A stretch of 64,000 nucleotides of DNA from Eukaryota sp. TZLM1-RC (GCA_040285825.1 JAUPSS010000003.1:2480001-2544000), one strand, 5' to 3'; numbered from the stretch's first letter, positions 36,048 through 48,294 are shown. Notes: generated from the sequence alone by a model not told the origin. Translations and numbers: made by a program.

Positions 36048-37919
36048 ATGTCACACCTAGAATGTGGGATATGTCTTCAGATTATGGAGCAACCCACCAC
36101 TCTCCCGTGTGGCCATAGCTTTTGTCGCGATCGCTGTTTGTTGCCCTCAAAGAAGCATAACTCAACCTGTCCTCAGTGCCGCGAGGAGATTCCCTCTATG
36201 TGTCACCGCGTCAACATCACTCTGCGGGACATCATCGACGCCTCCTCGCAACACTCTCCCGAACAGGAAAGCTGTTATCAATGCGAAGAAGCTCCTGCCA
36301 CTTTATTTTGTCCTGACTGCGATCGTCCTTTTTGCCAGGAATGCTCTTCCTTCATTCACAAGATAAAACATCTCCGTTCACACACCATCGTGCCCCTCTC
36401 CCAAAGATCCTCTGTCTCACTCCCTAAATGCCCTCATCATAAGGGTAAGCAGCTTGACCATTACTGCACCAAATGCAAGGTCGCTCTTTGTGATTCGTGT
36501 GGTTTGGTAGATGGACATTCTCTCCATCCAGAATGCCTTGTACCATTTGCAAAAGCAAAGGAAATACTTTCCCAGCAATCAAATCAATTACAAGAGTCAC
36601 TAGCTACAACTACCTTGCCTTTGGTTGAAGCTGGAGATAATGTCTCAAATGTGGTGAAGGAAACCATTGAAGGAACTCAATCAGTCATTCATGATTTGAT
36701 TGGTGATTTGATTCAGCAGTCTCAGTCCAAAATTCAACAGATTGATTCTTGTTCTTCTGTAGCAGAATCAATCAAATTTGATGGAAATGCCCAAGTCCAA
36801 GCCGAAAAACAGATTTCCAACGCTATTAATTCACTTCAAGAATTTAAAAGAATTTTAACTGATTGTTTTCAAGATGTAAAAACTAATATATATTTTTATC
36901 AAATTAATTTCTTGAGAGAATTGCTCCGTGAAGATTTCGATGATGTCACGAAGCTGAATATTTCGAAAAGAGCTCAAATAGGTCTTATTAATGTACAAAT
37001 CGACCCAGAATACCTTCTTTCAACTGAACAATTAAGTGAAACTCTTCCTTTGAATATTGACCAAGATATAAAACAGAAGTTGGTGAATAATTTTGTTAAT
37101 AATTCTACCTCCATTAGTTCAAATGATTTTGCTCAACTTTTAAACGTCCAACCCAATTTATTTTCTGATAATGAATTCCAATCATTACTTTGGAAAATTC
37201 AATTCAACGCCTTGAATAGTAATCAATTTAAAATTCTAATTAATTCTGCAATCAAATATTCAACTTCTTGGTTGTTAGGCAAGGCTATTGATCATTATGA
37301 ATTTGGTTCAAATCCGGAAGTTTTTACAATTTCGAGTGATTTATTATTAGACCTCAATCTTTCTAATTCAATTAATAAGAACAAGGAAGAATGGTTGGAA
37401 GGGGTTATTGTTGGTAATTGTTCATTTGACATTATTAATCAACTATGTCAAAAGTTATTGGGTAGGGAAACCAAATTCATGAAGTTTAATACAAATCAAA
37501 GTGGTTCTCGGATGGTGTTCTCAGAAGGTAATAGAAGGGTTTTAAATGATTGTTGTAGTAATTGGAAGCATTGTAATTTTGCAGCAATGGATTTCAATCC
37601 TAATAAGTTCAAAATTGCAATTCAAAGGACCAGGAAGGTGGGTGATAATGAATTAATTGGTTTTTGGACAATGGATGGTATTAGGAAGGGTACAGTGGAG
37701 GTACTTAGTGGAGGTACTTGTTATGGGACTGGGGGTGATCGTGGTAACTTCTCCCTCCCTCTAATGCACCAAGGAGACATTCTTTACGTCAATATTGAAA
37801 ACAATCAAGCTACTTTTAGCTTAAATGGCAGTAGTGATACCAAACCAATTCCAGCTGGAACTGTTTTTGGTTTATTGGTTAGGCATAAAGGTAGTGAATA
37901 CTCAATTGTAGATTATTAG
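36048..37919 (+). CDS. RING, B-box, B-box, coiled-coil (TRIM-like) E3 ligase with a SPRY-like C-terminus
   Basis: CGICLQ...TTLPCGHSFC...CPQCR; CYQC...CPDC..FCQEC...H.....H; CPHH...YCTKCKVALCDSC....H..H; beta-rich C-terminus. Likely start MSHLEC (the open frame begins at 35991). Confidence 0.85.
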   Translation: MSHLECGICLQIMEQPTTLPCGHSFCRDRCLLPSKKHNSTCPQCREEIPSMCHRVNITLRDIIDASSQHSPEQESCYQCEEAPATLFCPDCDRPFCQECSSFIHKIKHLRSHTIVPLSQRSSVSLPKCPHHKGKQLDHYCTKCKVALCDSCGLVDGHSLHPECLVPFAKAKEILSQQSNQLQESLATTTLPLVEAGDNVSNVVKETIEGTQSVIHDLIGDLIQQSQSKIQQIDSCSSVAESIKFDGNAQVQAEKQISNAINSLQEFKRILTDCFQDVKTNIYFYQINFLRELLREDFDDVTKLNISKRAQIGLINVQIDPEYLLSTEQLSETLPLNIDQDIKQKLVNNFVNNSTSISSNDFAQLLNVQPNLFSDNEFQSLLWKIQFNALNSNQFKILINSAIKYSTSWLLGKAIDHYEFGSNPEVFTISSDLLLDLNLSNSINKNKEEWLEGVIVGNCSFDIINQLCQKLLGRETKFMKFNTNQSGSRMVFSEGNRRVLNDCCSNWKHCNFAAMDFNPNKFKIAIQRTRKVGDNELIGFWTMDGIRKGTVEVLSGGTCYGTGGDRGNFSLPLMHQGDILYVNIENNQATFSLNGSSDTKPIPAGTVFGLLVRHKGSEYSIVDY

Positions 37920-39861
37920 TGGTTTATAATTAGGATTGATTTTTGTTTTGTTGATGTAATGGTGATTTAGTAAATAAACTTTATTATGAATATATTCTTG
38001 AATTTTCCGCTGTATTTTTGAACCAAATCCTTGTTTCTGGGAGAGATGTTGCGATTTAGCATTGTTGAATGTTCTAGTGATTAATGAATGGAAATAAAAC
38101 TTAAATTTATAATGACTTTTACGCTGAGCTGGTCATAACTACCGAACAGTAAACGAAATTGAACATGTTTAACAGCTGTTAGAAATTTATTTCAAGAATT
38201 GGAAACTCCTTAGGATGTACCAAACAGAAACTTATTATTTTATTGCATCAACAATGAGCTTTGTTACAACTTTTTTCCGTAATCACATAGTTTTTGAAGT
38301 TTGAAACCGTGAGAATCTCACCAATTGAAATTCTTTCAATTGATTTTTTATGCCGAAAAGGAAATCAGTGCTCATTACATCTTTATTATGTTCATATCAG
38401 AAACAACAATAAATTCTTCAAACATGACTACACGATGAACAAAGACTGGAGACTTTCGACAATAAATTGCCCTTATGAAATGGGCTTTCATTCAATCTTA
38501 TTTCTATTCACATAACATGCACATAATACTATCTTCTTGATTCGATGGAAATACTGCAACACTCCAATCATTATAGCTAATTGAATTCCGGTGCTTTATA
38601 GAAAGACCTGTAATTATTCTTATTAAAAATTATTTATTTTTCAAAATCAAACAAAACAATTAAAAAGACACAAAACAAACGATTTTATGTCAATTTATTT
38701 ATTTTCTGTTTTGTTGTGTTCTAGGTTTGATTAATGTGATTAAATCTTGTTTGTTTCTGGAATTATTTGGCCAGTAATGGATGCAACTGAATATGTTTAA
38801 AAAATTGGTTTTTAAATGAGTAACATTCAATTAAAAAGTCTTAAATATTCACCACAATTAACTCAATCGTTACAACCATTAAATAGTAGTGTGCTACGAT
38901 CATTGGCCTTATCAATCAAAAGCTAATGTTTTTAATTGTTGAACAATTCATCTTTGTTTTATAAGAATTTGCACAATTGTTGTTTTCGAAGGTATCATCT
39001 GGAAAGTGCAACATCTGAAATTAAACATTCGTCATCACTTGATGGCTGAACCACGATTACTGCTTATTTGAGCTTATTGAAGGTATATTTTTATATACAT
39101 TGTTTTATTCAATGTATATTGGTTATTATCACTGTTTTGCTACCACTTGAAAAATGATACACCGAATCTGGGATCTAAAATTGGTTGACTCAGTTTTTGG
39201 AACTTCAAGATATTCATTGCTGTATAATTGGATTAAAAAAAGATGACTAATTTATGAAGAGTTGGTTTTAAGACTATATAGAAAAATAAAAAGAAATGAG
39301 TTAAAAATTGTCAGCCACACAGTTTGTTTTCTTAAAATCACAACTCCATTTTGCTCAGATAGTCTGTACTTTGAAATTTTCAATAACGTTCTGTAGTTGC
39401 AGAATGTGACAAAAATTCACTACAATCATTTTTGACAATGAAACAATATGACGTAAAATGTTTTTGATAGAGGAACAGAACCGAATCAATTGTTCTTTTC
39501 TTCAGTCCACATTGTCGATCGTCAACTTGCAAATGAATCTCTCCAACATTACTAAACTCTATTTAAATTACCCATTGAACTGATAAACATTCAAAAATTT
39601 GCCAAAAACAGGACATATAGATTTTCTTGTTTCAATGACTTTTCTAATACTTCAAATAGTTGAATTTAAAGAAGTAATAAACGACATATCATCTATAAAA
39701 ATTATATTATTTTTGAAGAAAACATAACATTTAGTTGTAACTAACTCTAATATGATCAAACTAATTCTACACACTTAACCACTTAACAAAGAAAAAACTA
39801 GAACAATTACTGAACACAATATACTTTAAACCAAAACCTAATCTTTATCAGAAACTCCAAC

Positions 39862-41604
39862 TTATTTGTTCTTTTTCTTAACCTCCCTCATCATTTCATC
39901 TTCTTCCATTCTCCTTTTTTCTGCTAAAAGTTTTGTAAAACCAACATCACTGCACGTCTCATCAGCCATTCTTTCCACAATCTTACCTTTTTCATACTCC
40001 ACTGCCTCTTTTTCTAACAAACTTGCATCAAATACAGGTTTGGGTTGGGTTTTTTTATAAACTCCTGTAAATAAAGGATTTTTCTCCGCAATTTCAGCCT
40101 TTGCCAAGATGGCTTCTCTAGGATCGTCGTCTCGTATTGTACCAAGTGGTCCTGATTCTTCTAAATGTAATGCTTTTTCCATAAGTGCCGCAGTGGGGTT
40201 TATTTTGATTTGGCCAGTTGAATTATCCATTCCATCAGATTTTGGTGCCAAAACTGGACCTTTTTCTTGTTTTTTCTTGACATATTTCCGCCCTTCTAGT
40301 TCCTCTGGATCGACAATCGGACCTTCTAACTGTAGATCTTTTTCGACACGAGGTTTCCTTTTCAAACAGTTAAGTATCCCATGCCTCGACTCTACAGGCG
40401 AATACAGAAACCCAATTTTACCACTACTAGTTCCATAAAGGATTTGATTCAAATCACTAATCCAATCAACAGTGGTGACGTCACCAACAGCAACTTCTAG
40501 TATACTCAATTCCTCAGGTTTATTGACCTTACCAAAAGCAACACTGCCAAGACGTTCACCTTGGGTAGCTAAACTTGCACCAAAAACAGTATAGTCTTTA
40601 TTAAAACAAAAATCCCCAAATAGACCCCTACTTGACACGTCATGCCACGTCATCACTGGTTTAGAAAGTGATCTTATGTCAAATAAGAGAATGGAATTGG
40701 TTGTCCGAATAAACAAATTTGACTTATTTACAGACTCGAGCCCATCAGTAAATCCCATTTTTAAAATAGAATCACCATTGATAAATTGATTTATATTCAT
40801 TGACTCTAATGGTTTGTTACTCTTTCCAGCACCATCCCAAAACCTAATCATTGAATCATTTGAAGCTGAAGCTATAGCAGTGCCCATGTTGTTAAAACAA
40901 CTTGTTTGGAATTCAACAACTCCACCCTTCCAACCAGCTGAACGAAGAGAAAGGGTCAAAAAGCAACCAAATTCCACTTCATCAGTCTTCCAAAGTCTGA
41001 TTGTACCATCCGTTGATGATGTCATTATCACATCATTGTTGACCGGGTTAAAATCAATCGATTTGACTGATGACGTGTGACCATTTGTTCTAGTTGGATC
41101 AGCAATGTACATATCTCCTCTCTTCAAAGTTCCAACGACTTCCCCTTGATGGTCATACAACACAGGGCGATCACTATTGCCACAGACAGCAAAGAGGTTT
41201 TTAGAGGGGGAGGTTGAGATCGAAGTGACGTAGTTGCGGGATTCAAGGTAGGGTACTTGTTCAGAAAAGTAACGAAAGCGGGAATCAAGGGAGTTAAAGT
41301 CGTAGAAACGAAGATGACCGTCTGTAGAGGAGGTGGCGAGCTTGCGAACGGATGGGATGTATTTGGTAGAAGTTATTGGTTTATCGTGACATTGGAAGGA
41401 AGAGTGATGAGAGCATGGTACTCCAAGGGAAGATACAGTGGTGCTATCGAGATCAACGGCAGAAACTGTAGGATATTTTGGAGAAGGAAGATCTGAAGGT
41501 ACTTTATAAGATGATGGCAGGGGAGGTCCAATGGAGAGTGGGGCAATGGTCCTGTATTCATGTTGAGCTAAGATACTGGAAAACTCTGCTTCATTGTAAT
41601 TCAT
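39862..41604 (-). CDS. WDR70: WD repeat-containing protein 70 (GAD-1 family)
   Basis: RGDMYIADPTRTNGHTSSV, DGTIRLW, DDDPREAILAKAE..EKNP....YKKTQPKPVF. Confidence 0.9.
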   Translation of the reverse strand: MNYNEAEFSSILAQHEYRTIAPLSIGPPLPSSYKVPSDLPSPKYPTVSAVDLDSTTVSSLGVPCSHHSSFQCHDKPITSTKYIPSVRKLATSSTDGHLRFYDFNSLDSRFRYFSEQVPYLESRNYVTSISTSPSKNLFAVCGNSDRPVLYDHQGEVVGTLKRGDMYIADPTRTNGHTSSVKSIDFNPVNNDVIMTSSTDGTIRLWKTDEVEFGCFLTLSLRSAGWKGGVVEFQTSCFNNMGTAIASASNDSMIRFWDGAGKSNKPLESMNINQFINGDSILKMGFTDGLESVNKSNLFIRTTNSILLFDIRSLSKPVMTWHDVSSRGLFGDFCFNKDYTVFGASLATQGERLGSVAFGKVNKPEELSILEVAVGDVTTVDWISDLNQILYGTSSGKIGFLYSPVESRHGILNCLKRKPRVEKDLQLEGPIVDPEELEGRKYVKKKQEKGPVLAPKSDGMDNSTGQIKINPTAALMEKALHLEESGPLGTIRDDDPREAILAKAEIAEKNPLFTGVYKKTQPKPVFDASLLEKEAVEYEKGKIVERMADETCSDVGFTKLLAEKRRMEEDEMMREVKKKNK

Positions 41605-41999
41605 AGTATGTGCAGAGACCAATTTATTTTGATTTTCAATAGGAAAAAGAAAAAGCAAATCATGAGGTCAATCAATTTTGATTGTTTGAATCAATTGATT
41701 ATTTGAGGTCTTAAATCAAAATCGTCCTTGCAAAGTGTGTTGAAAGGCATGTATAGTGTTTTTTCGCATTTGAAGTTTTAAGGGTGTTTCAAAGGTTTCA
41801 ATTTTGCACCAAGATCACATTGGTTAAACCCTGAAAGTTGTGGTTCAAATTTCTTAAATGCTGACAGAGAGTTCTCTTATTTCTACTGTTAAATCTGCTT
41901 ATAATCCTAATGATAACTGAAAGTGAATAGGTTATCCACACGCTTAAACTGCTTGAAAAACTCTTATAATTGTCAATTAGTTATATTCAAGCAAAAGAA

Positions 42000-42668
42000 C
42001 AACTCACTTTGCAACATGCTCTTAATTGTTAGAAATTGATAACTTATCGTTCTTCATTACATGATGCTGTTAGAGACACTGTTTTTAATATGGCACCAAA
42101 TGCGAGAAGCTCGTGTATCAAAGAGTCTCTACTGAAAGAAACACTGTCATTGAATAATTTCGGTTCTGATGACAAAGGTGAAATATACTGTGATTGGATT
42201 GAGAACTCTGAAGCTGTTGTTGACTTTGTCTTCTGTAATGTTGCAAATGACACTTTGGTTCAAGGAAGGAAACTTAATGCTGTAGATGCTCTTGAATTCA
42301 AAGCCAAAGAAAAACATAGAAAATATGACAAAGATATTGAAGAAACTAATGCTGATAGAAATAGACCACTTGTTTTTATTGCTTTCCCATTTTCGATAAA
42401 CGGAAGACTATCAGTAGAAGCAGAAACTTTTTTTCAATAATTTCCGAAAAATGTTTAAAGAAAAAACAACGAAAAGATTTGATTTCTTTTTATGACGCTC
42501 TCGAATTCAATTTGTTATTATTAATAGATTGCCTCGGTTTTTCAATCGAATTGGAGGAGCTTTAGCGAGACAGCAAGCAGATCCTGATTTTGTAGAGGAA
42601 ATCTTGGTTCAATGAATTTCGTCCCATTAGTTATGAGTTTATTTTGTCAAGTGTGGAAGTTCAATAAA
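42000..42668 (+). mobile_element. 5'-truncated CRE-like non-LTR family 1 copy
   Basis: RLE ORF 42036-42440 and the conserved 3' end. Confidence 0.9.
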
Positions 42669-43050
42669 CAGTTATGACTAACCAAAAGAATCTAATTTCA
42701 GTTTGAATTTTTCCTTGGATTCAAAATAAATAAATATGGTAATTGATAAATTTCGTTAAAATTGGACAAGCTAAGAACTTTTAGTTGTCTACTATTCCTA
42801 CTGAACTGAAGAATTATTAAGTAATGCTAAATGTAGAGCCGCAGGTTGAACTTTTGATAAATGTCAAAATAACTCAACGTCTCAATCAAAAGTGATTGAA
42901 CAATTGTTGAATTAATGATTCATTCAGCAACTTGTCATATTCCACAATGTATTGCTTGCAATTCTTGTTTAAATAGCTGTTGACCCGTAACAAAAATCTA
43001 AAGCTGTATATATCTGATTTGTTTAATTTTCACGTCTCACCTGTCGTTTC

Positions 43051-44479
43051 TTATTCTGTCTTTGCTTCCTGAATGTTGTTATCTGCACTAGTGGGGAGAA
43101 CACTGTCCTTTGGAAACTTATAAGGACGCAGAGACAAACCAGCAACCAGACAAATGGCTAACAGAACTGGAATGTACTTGAAAAAAGGGATATACACCAA
43201 ATGGTCTTCCACTCCTGTATCTTGGCCATGGGCTTGAACTGCAGCAAGTATCTGAGAACCTACCAATCCACCTGCAGCCCAAGCAATCATAGTCATTCCA
43301 AACAATGACGATAGATACTTCGACCCAAACATTTCAGAAAGCATGCTGGGTAAAGAACCAGTACTTCCAGTGAGACCAGTGGTAAGCACAGAAGTGGCAA
43401 CCATGAACATTACGAGTAGTTGCCGAGTCATAATCGAGGGCATGAATAAACACACAATTAATTGGGTCAACAACAACCAAACATAAACCCACTTTCTAGA
43501 CAGCTTGATTGAGCTGAGGACATCAGTGATGGCAGGATAAAGTATAAGGGCGGCAGTGTTGACTATACTGAATATTGCGAGATAAAAACCAGCTTGCTTG
43601 GTGGAAAAATCAAAAACATCTTCAACTATTGGAGATAATAACGACATTATCGAAACACCAGTGAAAGCTGCACCGAGGAATGTAAGCCAAACTCTCCAAA
43701 AGAGAAAAGTCTTCAGAGCATTGCCCAGGGAAAGACTACGCTCTGAGGATACAGAATCCTGAACTTTAGAAGATGCAGAACTGGGGAAATACCCTGGAGG
43801 AGGCATGCATATGAAGCAAGATGTGATGAAGATGATTAAACCTCCATACACGCCCAAGGCCATAATCGCTATGTCTGGACCAAAAGCAGTAATTAATCTT
43901 CCATTGACTAAACCCTGGACCAAAGTTCCTAGGCCAAATCCAGACAGGGCAATACCACTAGCGACACCTTTAAGATCGGGAAACCAATGGACAATAGGAG
44001 AAACGGGGGTAACATATATAAAGTTAGATTAAGCGAAGAGACATACCCCAGGGATAATCCTACCCCGGCAACTACACCATAAGAGATCCAAAAGGCATGT
44101 TTGAGGTCAATAATGACGAAGTATCCAGCTAACACATGGCCAATCATAAAGAAGGCAGCACTCAACATTCCAACAAGTCGAGGTCCTTTTTTGTCAATAA
44201 GCTGTCCTGCAAATGGGCAGAGAAAGCCTAAAAGTGCAACACCAATGCTATAAGCGAAGGAAACTGTACCACGCCAATCGGGATGGATTTCTATAATCGG
44301 ATTAGAAAATACGCTAAGTCCGTAAATGGTGCCTTAAGTTAGCAGGGTCTGGGCTTACCGATCAGAACTTCTAAGATGAAGCAGCAGAAGAGAATAAGGT
44401 AACGGTTCCTATACCATCCTTTAACTCTGGGATCATTGGGTCCAGAGTATCGCTCTAATATTGAATCATTGCCATGCAT
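43051..44479 (-). CDS. MFS transporter, oxalate/formate antiporter (OFA)-like; introns 44333-44358 and 44018-44046
   Basis: Spliced product reads LIGTIYGLSVFSNPI, GQLIDKKGPR, YGVVAGVGLSLGYVTPVSPIVHWFPDLKGVASG...GFGLG, SEMFGSKYLSSLFG; about 12 TM segments. The second intron is non-canonical. Confidence 0.85.
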
Positions 44480-45139
44480 TCTACAAAGATGATAAAAGGT
44501 GAATTTGGTAAAGACCAGTCCTTATTGGTTGTTGACACGTCATAAGAATGGTCAACTGATTTCCAGCGAAATTGTTGACAAGAGACTTATCACATAAACC
44601 AACTCCAAAACCATTGCTTGTTTGGCAACTTCATGATTGATAACTAAGAAAGAATATCACTTGTGACTGATGTGATAATCAGCGACTGATACGCCTTAGA
44701 ACTTATCGGAAAGAGACATTGAGTCGCAGTAAGAGTGTCTGAATATTTTTGGTAGAATGAGATTGGTACATCATTGCAGTTCATGGTATGAATCTCATGC
44801 AATGAATTTGTCTGATACTCGATGATTTTACAATACTCTCCACAACACAACAGTGACTGTTCTAGTGACCGATGAAAGCACATTTTCAACTCTTTTGTGA
44901 ATTACTTTGTAAGTAAAGGTCATTTATTAGGTATTCAAGTATGCTCATGCCATCCGACATTCTGTGGCCAAGGTTGAAACTTATTCGCCTTATAAGTAGT
45001 TAGAATCAAGACAATAATGAACTAAAGTACATGGATCTATAACCTTGATTTATTGTTGTACAAATGAAAACGGTGAGTGAAAGCACAAACTGGAATAATA
45101 AAACAGAATCTAATACTGAAACCGAAAAATACGTGAAGA

Positions 45140-46330
45140 TTACGTGCAAAAGTTCTGTCACAATTACTGGGATGTTAAATGTTCCAAATTCCAGACCAAT
45201 CTAATCTTAGTCCGCATTATGGCGGTTTAGGTTGGACGAAGGCTTCCATTCTTACCTCTTATGCTTTTATTGGTGGATGCAGAAATGCAATCTTTAAGTT
45301 TTCCGAAAGATTTGCAGATTGGGAAGATTTATTGATGACAACGCAAAGTTCCACGGTTATTTCATTAAATGAAGCAGAAAAATGGGGTCGATGCTTTCCC
45401 CAATCATTCAATGGCAATATTCCAGAAAAGATTCTTTTATAATTAAAATACACTCTACGAACATTACAGAAACGATTGACTGCAATGTATGAAAATGATC
45501 TTTATAATAATATATGCAGCTCGGCTGTTTTAAATCAAGATCTTCACTCATTGGATTGGGATTGTGTGCCACTAATGAACCATTTGTAACAAAAATGAGA
45601 TTATATTGGAATATCTTCATTAATCAATTATTGTCAAAAGAAAAATGTAGTAGTTCGAATTCACCTCAAATCACTTTGTGCCATGCTCTGAATTGTTCTA
45701 TATTGATAACTTGTCGTTCTTCATTACATGCTGTTAGAGACACTGTTTTCAATATGGCACAAACTGCAAGAATTTCATATGTCAAAGAGCCTCTACTGAA
45801 GGAAACACTGTCTCTGAATAATATTGGTTCTGATGATAGAGGTGATGTATACTGTGATTGGATTGATTACTCTGAAGCTGTTGTTGACTTTGTCTCATGT
45901 AATGTTGCAAATGATACTGTGGTTCACAGAAGAAATTTTAATCCTGTCAGTGCTCTTGATTTTAAAGCAAAAGGAAAACATAGAAAATATGATAAAGATA
46001 TTGAAGGAACTAATGCTGATAGAAATACACAGCTGGTTTTTATTGCTTTCCCATTCTCCATTAATGGAAGATTATCAGATGAAGCAGAAACTTTTTTGAA
46101 TGACTTTCAAAAAATGATTCAAGAAAAACAATGAAAAGATTTGATATTTTTTGGCGCACTCGGATTTAATTTGCCATTATTAATAGATTACCTCGGTTTT
46201 TCAATCAAATAAGAGAAACTTTAGCTAGACAGCAAGCAGATCAAGATTTTGTAGAGGAAATCTTGGTTCAATGATAGTCGTCCCATTAGTGATGAGTCAA
46301 TTTATTTAACTGTGCAAATTCAATAAATAT
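45140..46330 (+). mobile_element. 5'-truncated CRE-like non-LTR family 1 copy
   Basis: Aligns with 56943-58050, with small internal deletions. Confidence 0.92.
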
Positions 46331-46989
46331 AAATTATTTTAACTGAAGAATACTCGGTGCAACTATACACTCTCATAATCATCAGCATCATCGTCAGTAT
46401 CATAAGCATTGTCAAAGGGTCTCAAATTGTAACAAATTGCAATGTTTCATTTTCAAGGTTAATACTAATTGATTTGACAGGTGTGAGGGAGATCACAAAT
46501 TTTAGAGCACGTATTTATTATTTATTATTTAACATTGAATGTGTAGACTATGTGGAATTATGCTTTCACAAAAGGAAGTGTGGAATGCATAATGAGACAT
46601 TATTCGGTATTTGTAATCTTCAGAAATACACACTGGTGTTAAAACGAGATTAATCAAAACATTGATTTATAAAATTAATGCAAAAAATAAAGATGAAAGG
46701 TAAAAACAATCATTTACTGAACACAACAAAAGGTTACTGACTATTTGTTAGTGAAATGATGATTTAATTGAAACCTAAAACTAAAAAATAACTAAAAACT
46801 GCTATAAAACAGAAAAACTGGCCGAAAAAAGCAACAACTGAGAAAACAAAAACTAAAATAATGAAAACTGAACTAATAAAAGACTAAGAAATTTACAACC
46901 AATTTAAAAATAATAATTTTAAAAAAAATTTCCTTGTAAGTACGATGTCTTCAGCAATTATGGAAGAAATCAAAAAATAATAAAAAGAA

Positions 46990-48294
46990 CTATTCACTCT
47001 CTGAATCATAAACATCATAACTGTCACTTCCCATATCACTTGACGCATCATCAATCACGTCATCAACCTTCTGTGCCACGTCATCAGTGTGAGTAAACTT
47101 GGCCATAAACTCATCAAAATCACTAACAATCAGGTCAAAATCATCTTGACTTTCCTTGAAAATGAACTTAAATACTGCCAATCTCACCTCCAACAAAGCC
47201 TTGAATAATGGTGAAGTTTCTATATGCTGATAGTTTAAAATATTAAAAAAATGACCCTTCCACCAACTACAGAGCTCATTGTACATTGTAAGATCAATAT
47301 TTAAATTATTCAAAAATTCGAGAATTTTGAGTAACAATGACCAAATTTTCATTGACACCATTGAGGGCTCAAGGCATAGGTCAAAACTGATTGAATCTAA
47401 GAGACGATCCAGAATATTGAAGACTCCATCTAATTGACCTTCCCCTCCAACAACAAATGCTACCTCTGTCGCCAGTTCCAAAGCATCAACAGCAAAAGGA
47501 TCTTGGTCAAGCAAATTCACAAGACTTTCATTAACTGCCACGTCATTGATGACGTCATCAAACGATTGATTACCGCTATTTGATTGATTAAAAACACCCA
47601 ATCTCCACGCATTAGGACATCCCCTTGCAGACTGCTGAAATACCCCAAGGATCCTAGACACAGACTCAGTATCATCATCTTGAGAATATAACCAAACTGC
47701 TGCTTCAATGAACAATTGGCAGTCTGGGAAGGCTTGGATTCCATGGGTAAGGTTGGAGTGGGCTTCATGTCGTAGACGTTGAAGTTCAGAAGAAGGAAGG
47801 GATGAAGGTGGAGAAGAGAGAACCATTGCTGCAATGGTACCATAGTAGCCACGGAGAGGGGATGTGGAAGAGTCAAAAACAGCATCAGAGGCAATGGAGC
47901 GAAGAAATGTTAAAGCGTCGTAAGGAGATTTAGAGTGCAGGGTGAAGAGGCAAAGTTCAGCAAGGACGAAGCGACGGATAGTGATTTTATCAGAGGCTCG
48001 ACAAGAAGAGTTAGATATGAACTCGAGAACAGAACGGAAAAAGGATTCTACTGTGGAAAAGTCTGGAGAGGAAGATCGAAAGAGGTGAAGGGCACCCTTG
48101 ACAGCAAGATAAAGCAGGTCAAGACGTTGCAAAAGATATGGTGAGTGTAAGAGCATAGAGAGGGTGGTAGATGCAGACTTGAGATCATTTGATATTATTT
48201 GTTGATGAAGAAGTGAAACCAAGGTTAAAAGAGCATCTTGTGGGTGCTTGAAATGGTGTTTATCAAGCGCGTTTCGTACCAATCCAAAGAACAT
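46990..48294 (-). CDS. Alpha-helical protein, TAF1A/Rrn11-like Pol I factor candidate
   Basis: LVSLLHQQIISNDLKSA...L..LL at the N-terminus, GYYG, TPR-like helices, SWWKGHFF, acidic tail. The similarity is recalled, not searched. Confidence 0.5.
   Translation of the reverse strand: MFFGLVRNALDKHHFKHPQDALLTLVSLLHQQIISNDLKSASTTLSMLLHSPYLLQRLDLLYLAVKGALHLFRSSSPDFSTVESFFRSVLEFISNSSCRASDKITIRRFVLAELCLFTLHSKSPYDALTFLRSIASDAVFDSSTSPLRGYYGTIAAMVLSSPPSSLPSSELQRLRHEAHSNLTHGIQAFPDCQLFIEAAVWLYSQDDDTESVSRILGVFQQSARGCPNAWRLGVFNQSNSGNQSFDDVINDVAVNESLVNLLDQDPFAVDALELATEVAFVVGGEGQLDGVFNILDRLLDSISFDLCLEPSMVSMKIWSLLLKILEFLNNLNIDLTMYNELCSWWKGHFFNILNYQHIETSPLFKALLEVRLAVFKFIFKESQDDFDLIVSDFDEFMAKFTHTDDVAQKVDDVIDDASSDMGSDSYDVYDSESE

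Noticed and set aside
40109-41496. Antisense ORFs over WDR70, and similar shadows over other genes and TEs
   Set aside because: Shadow frames of real coding sequence.
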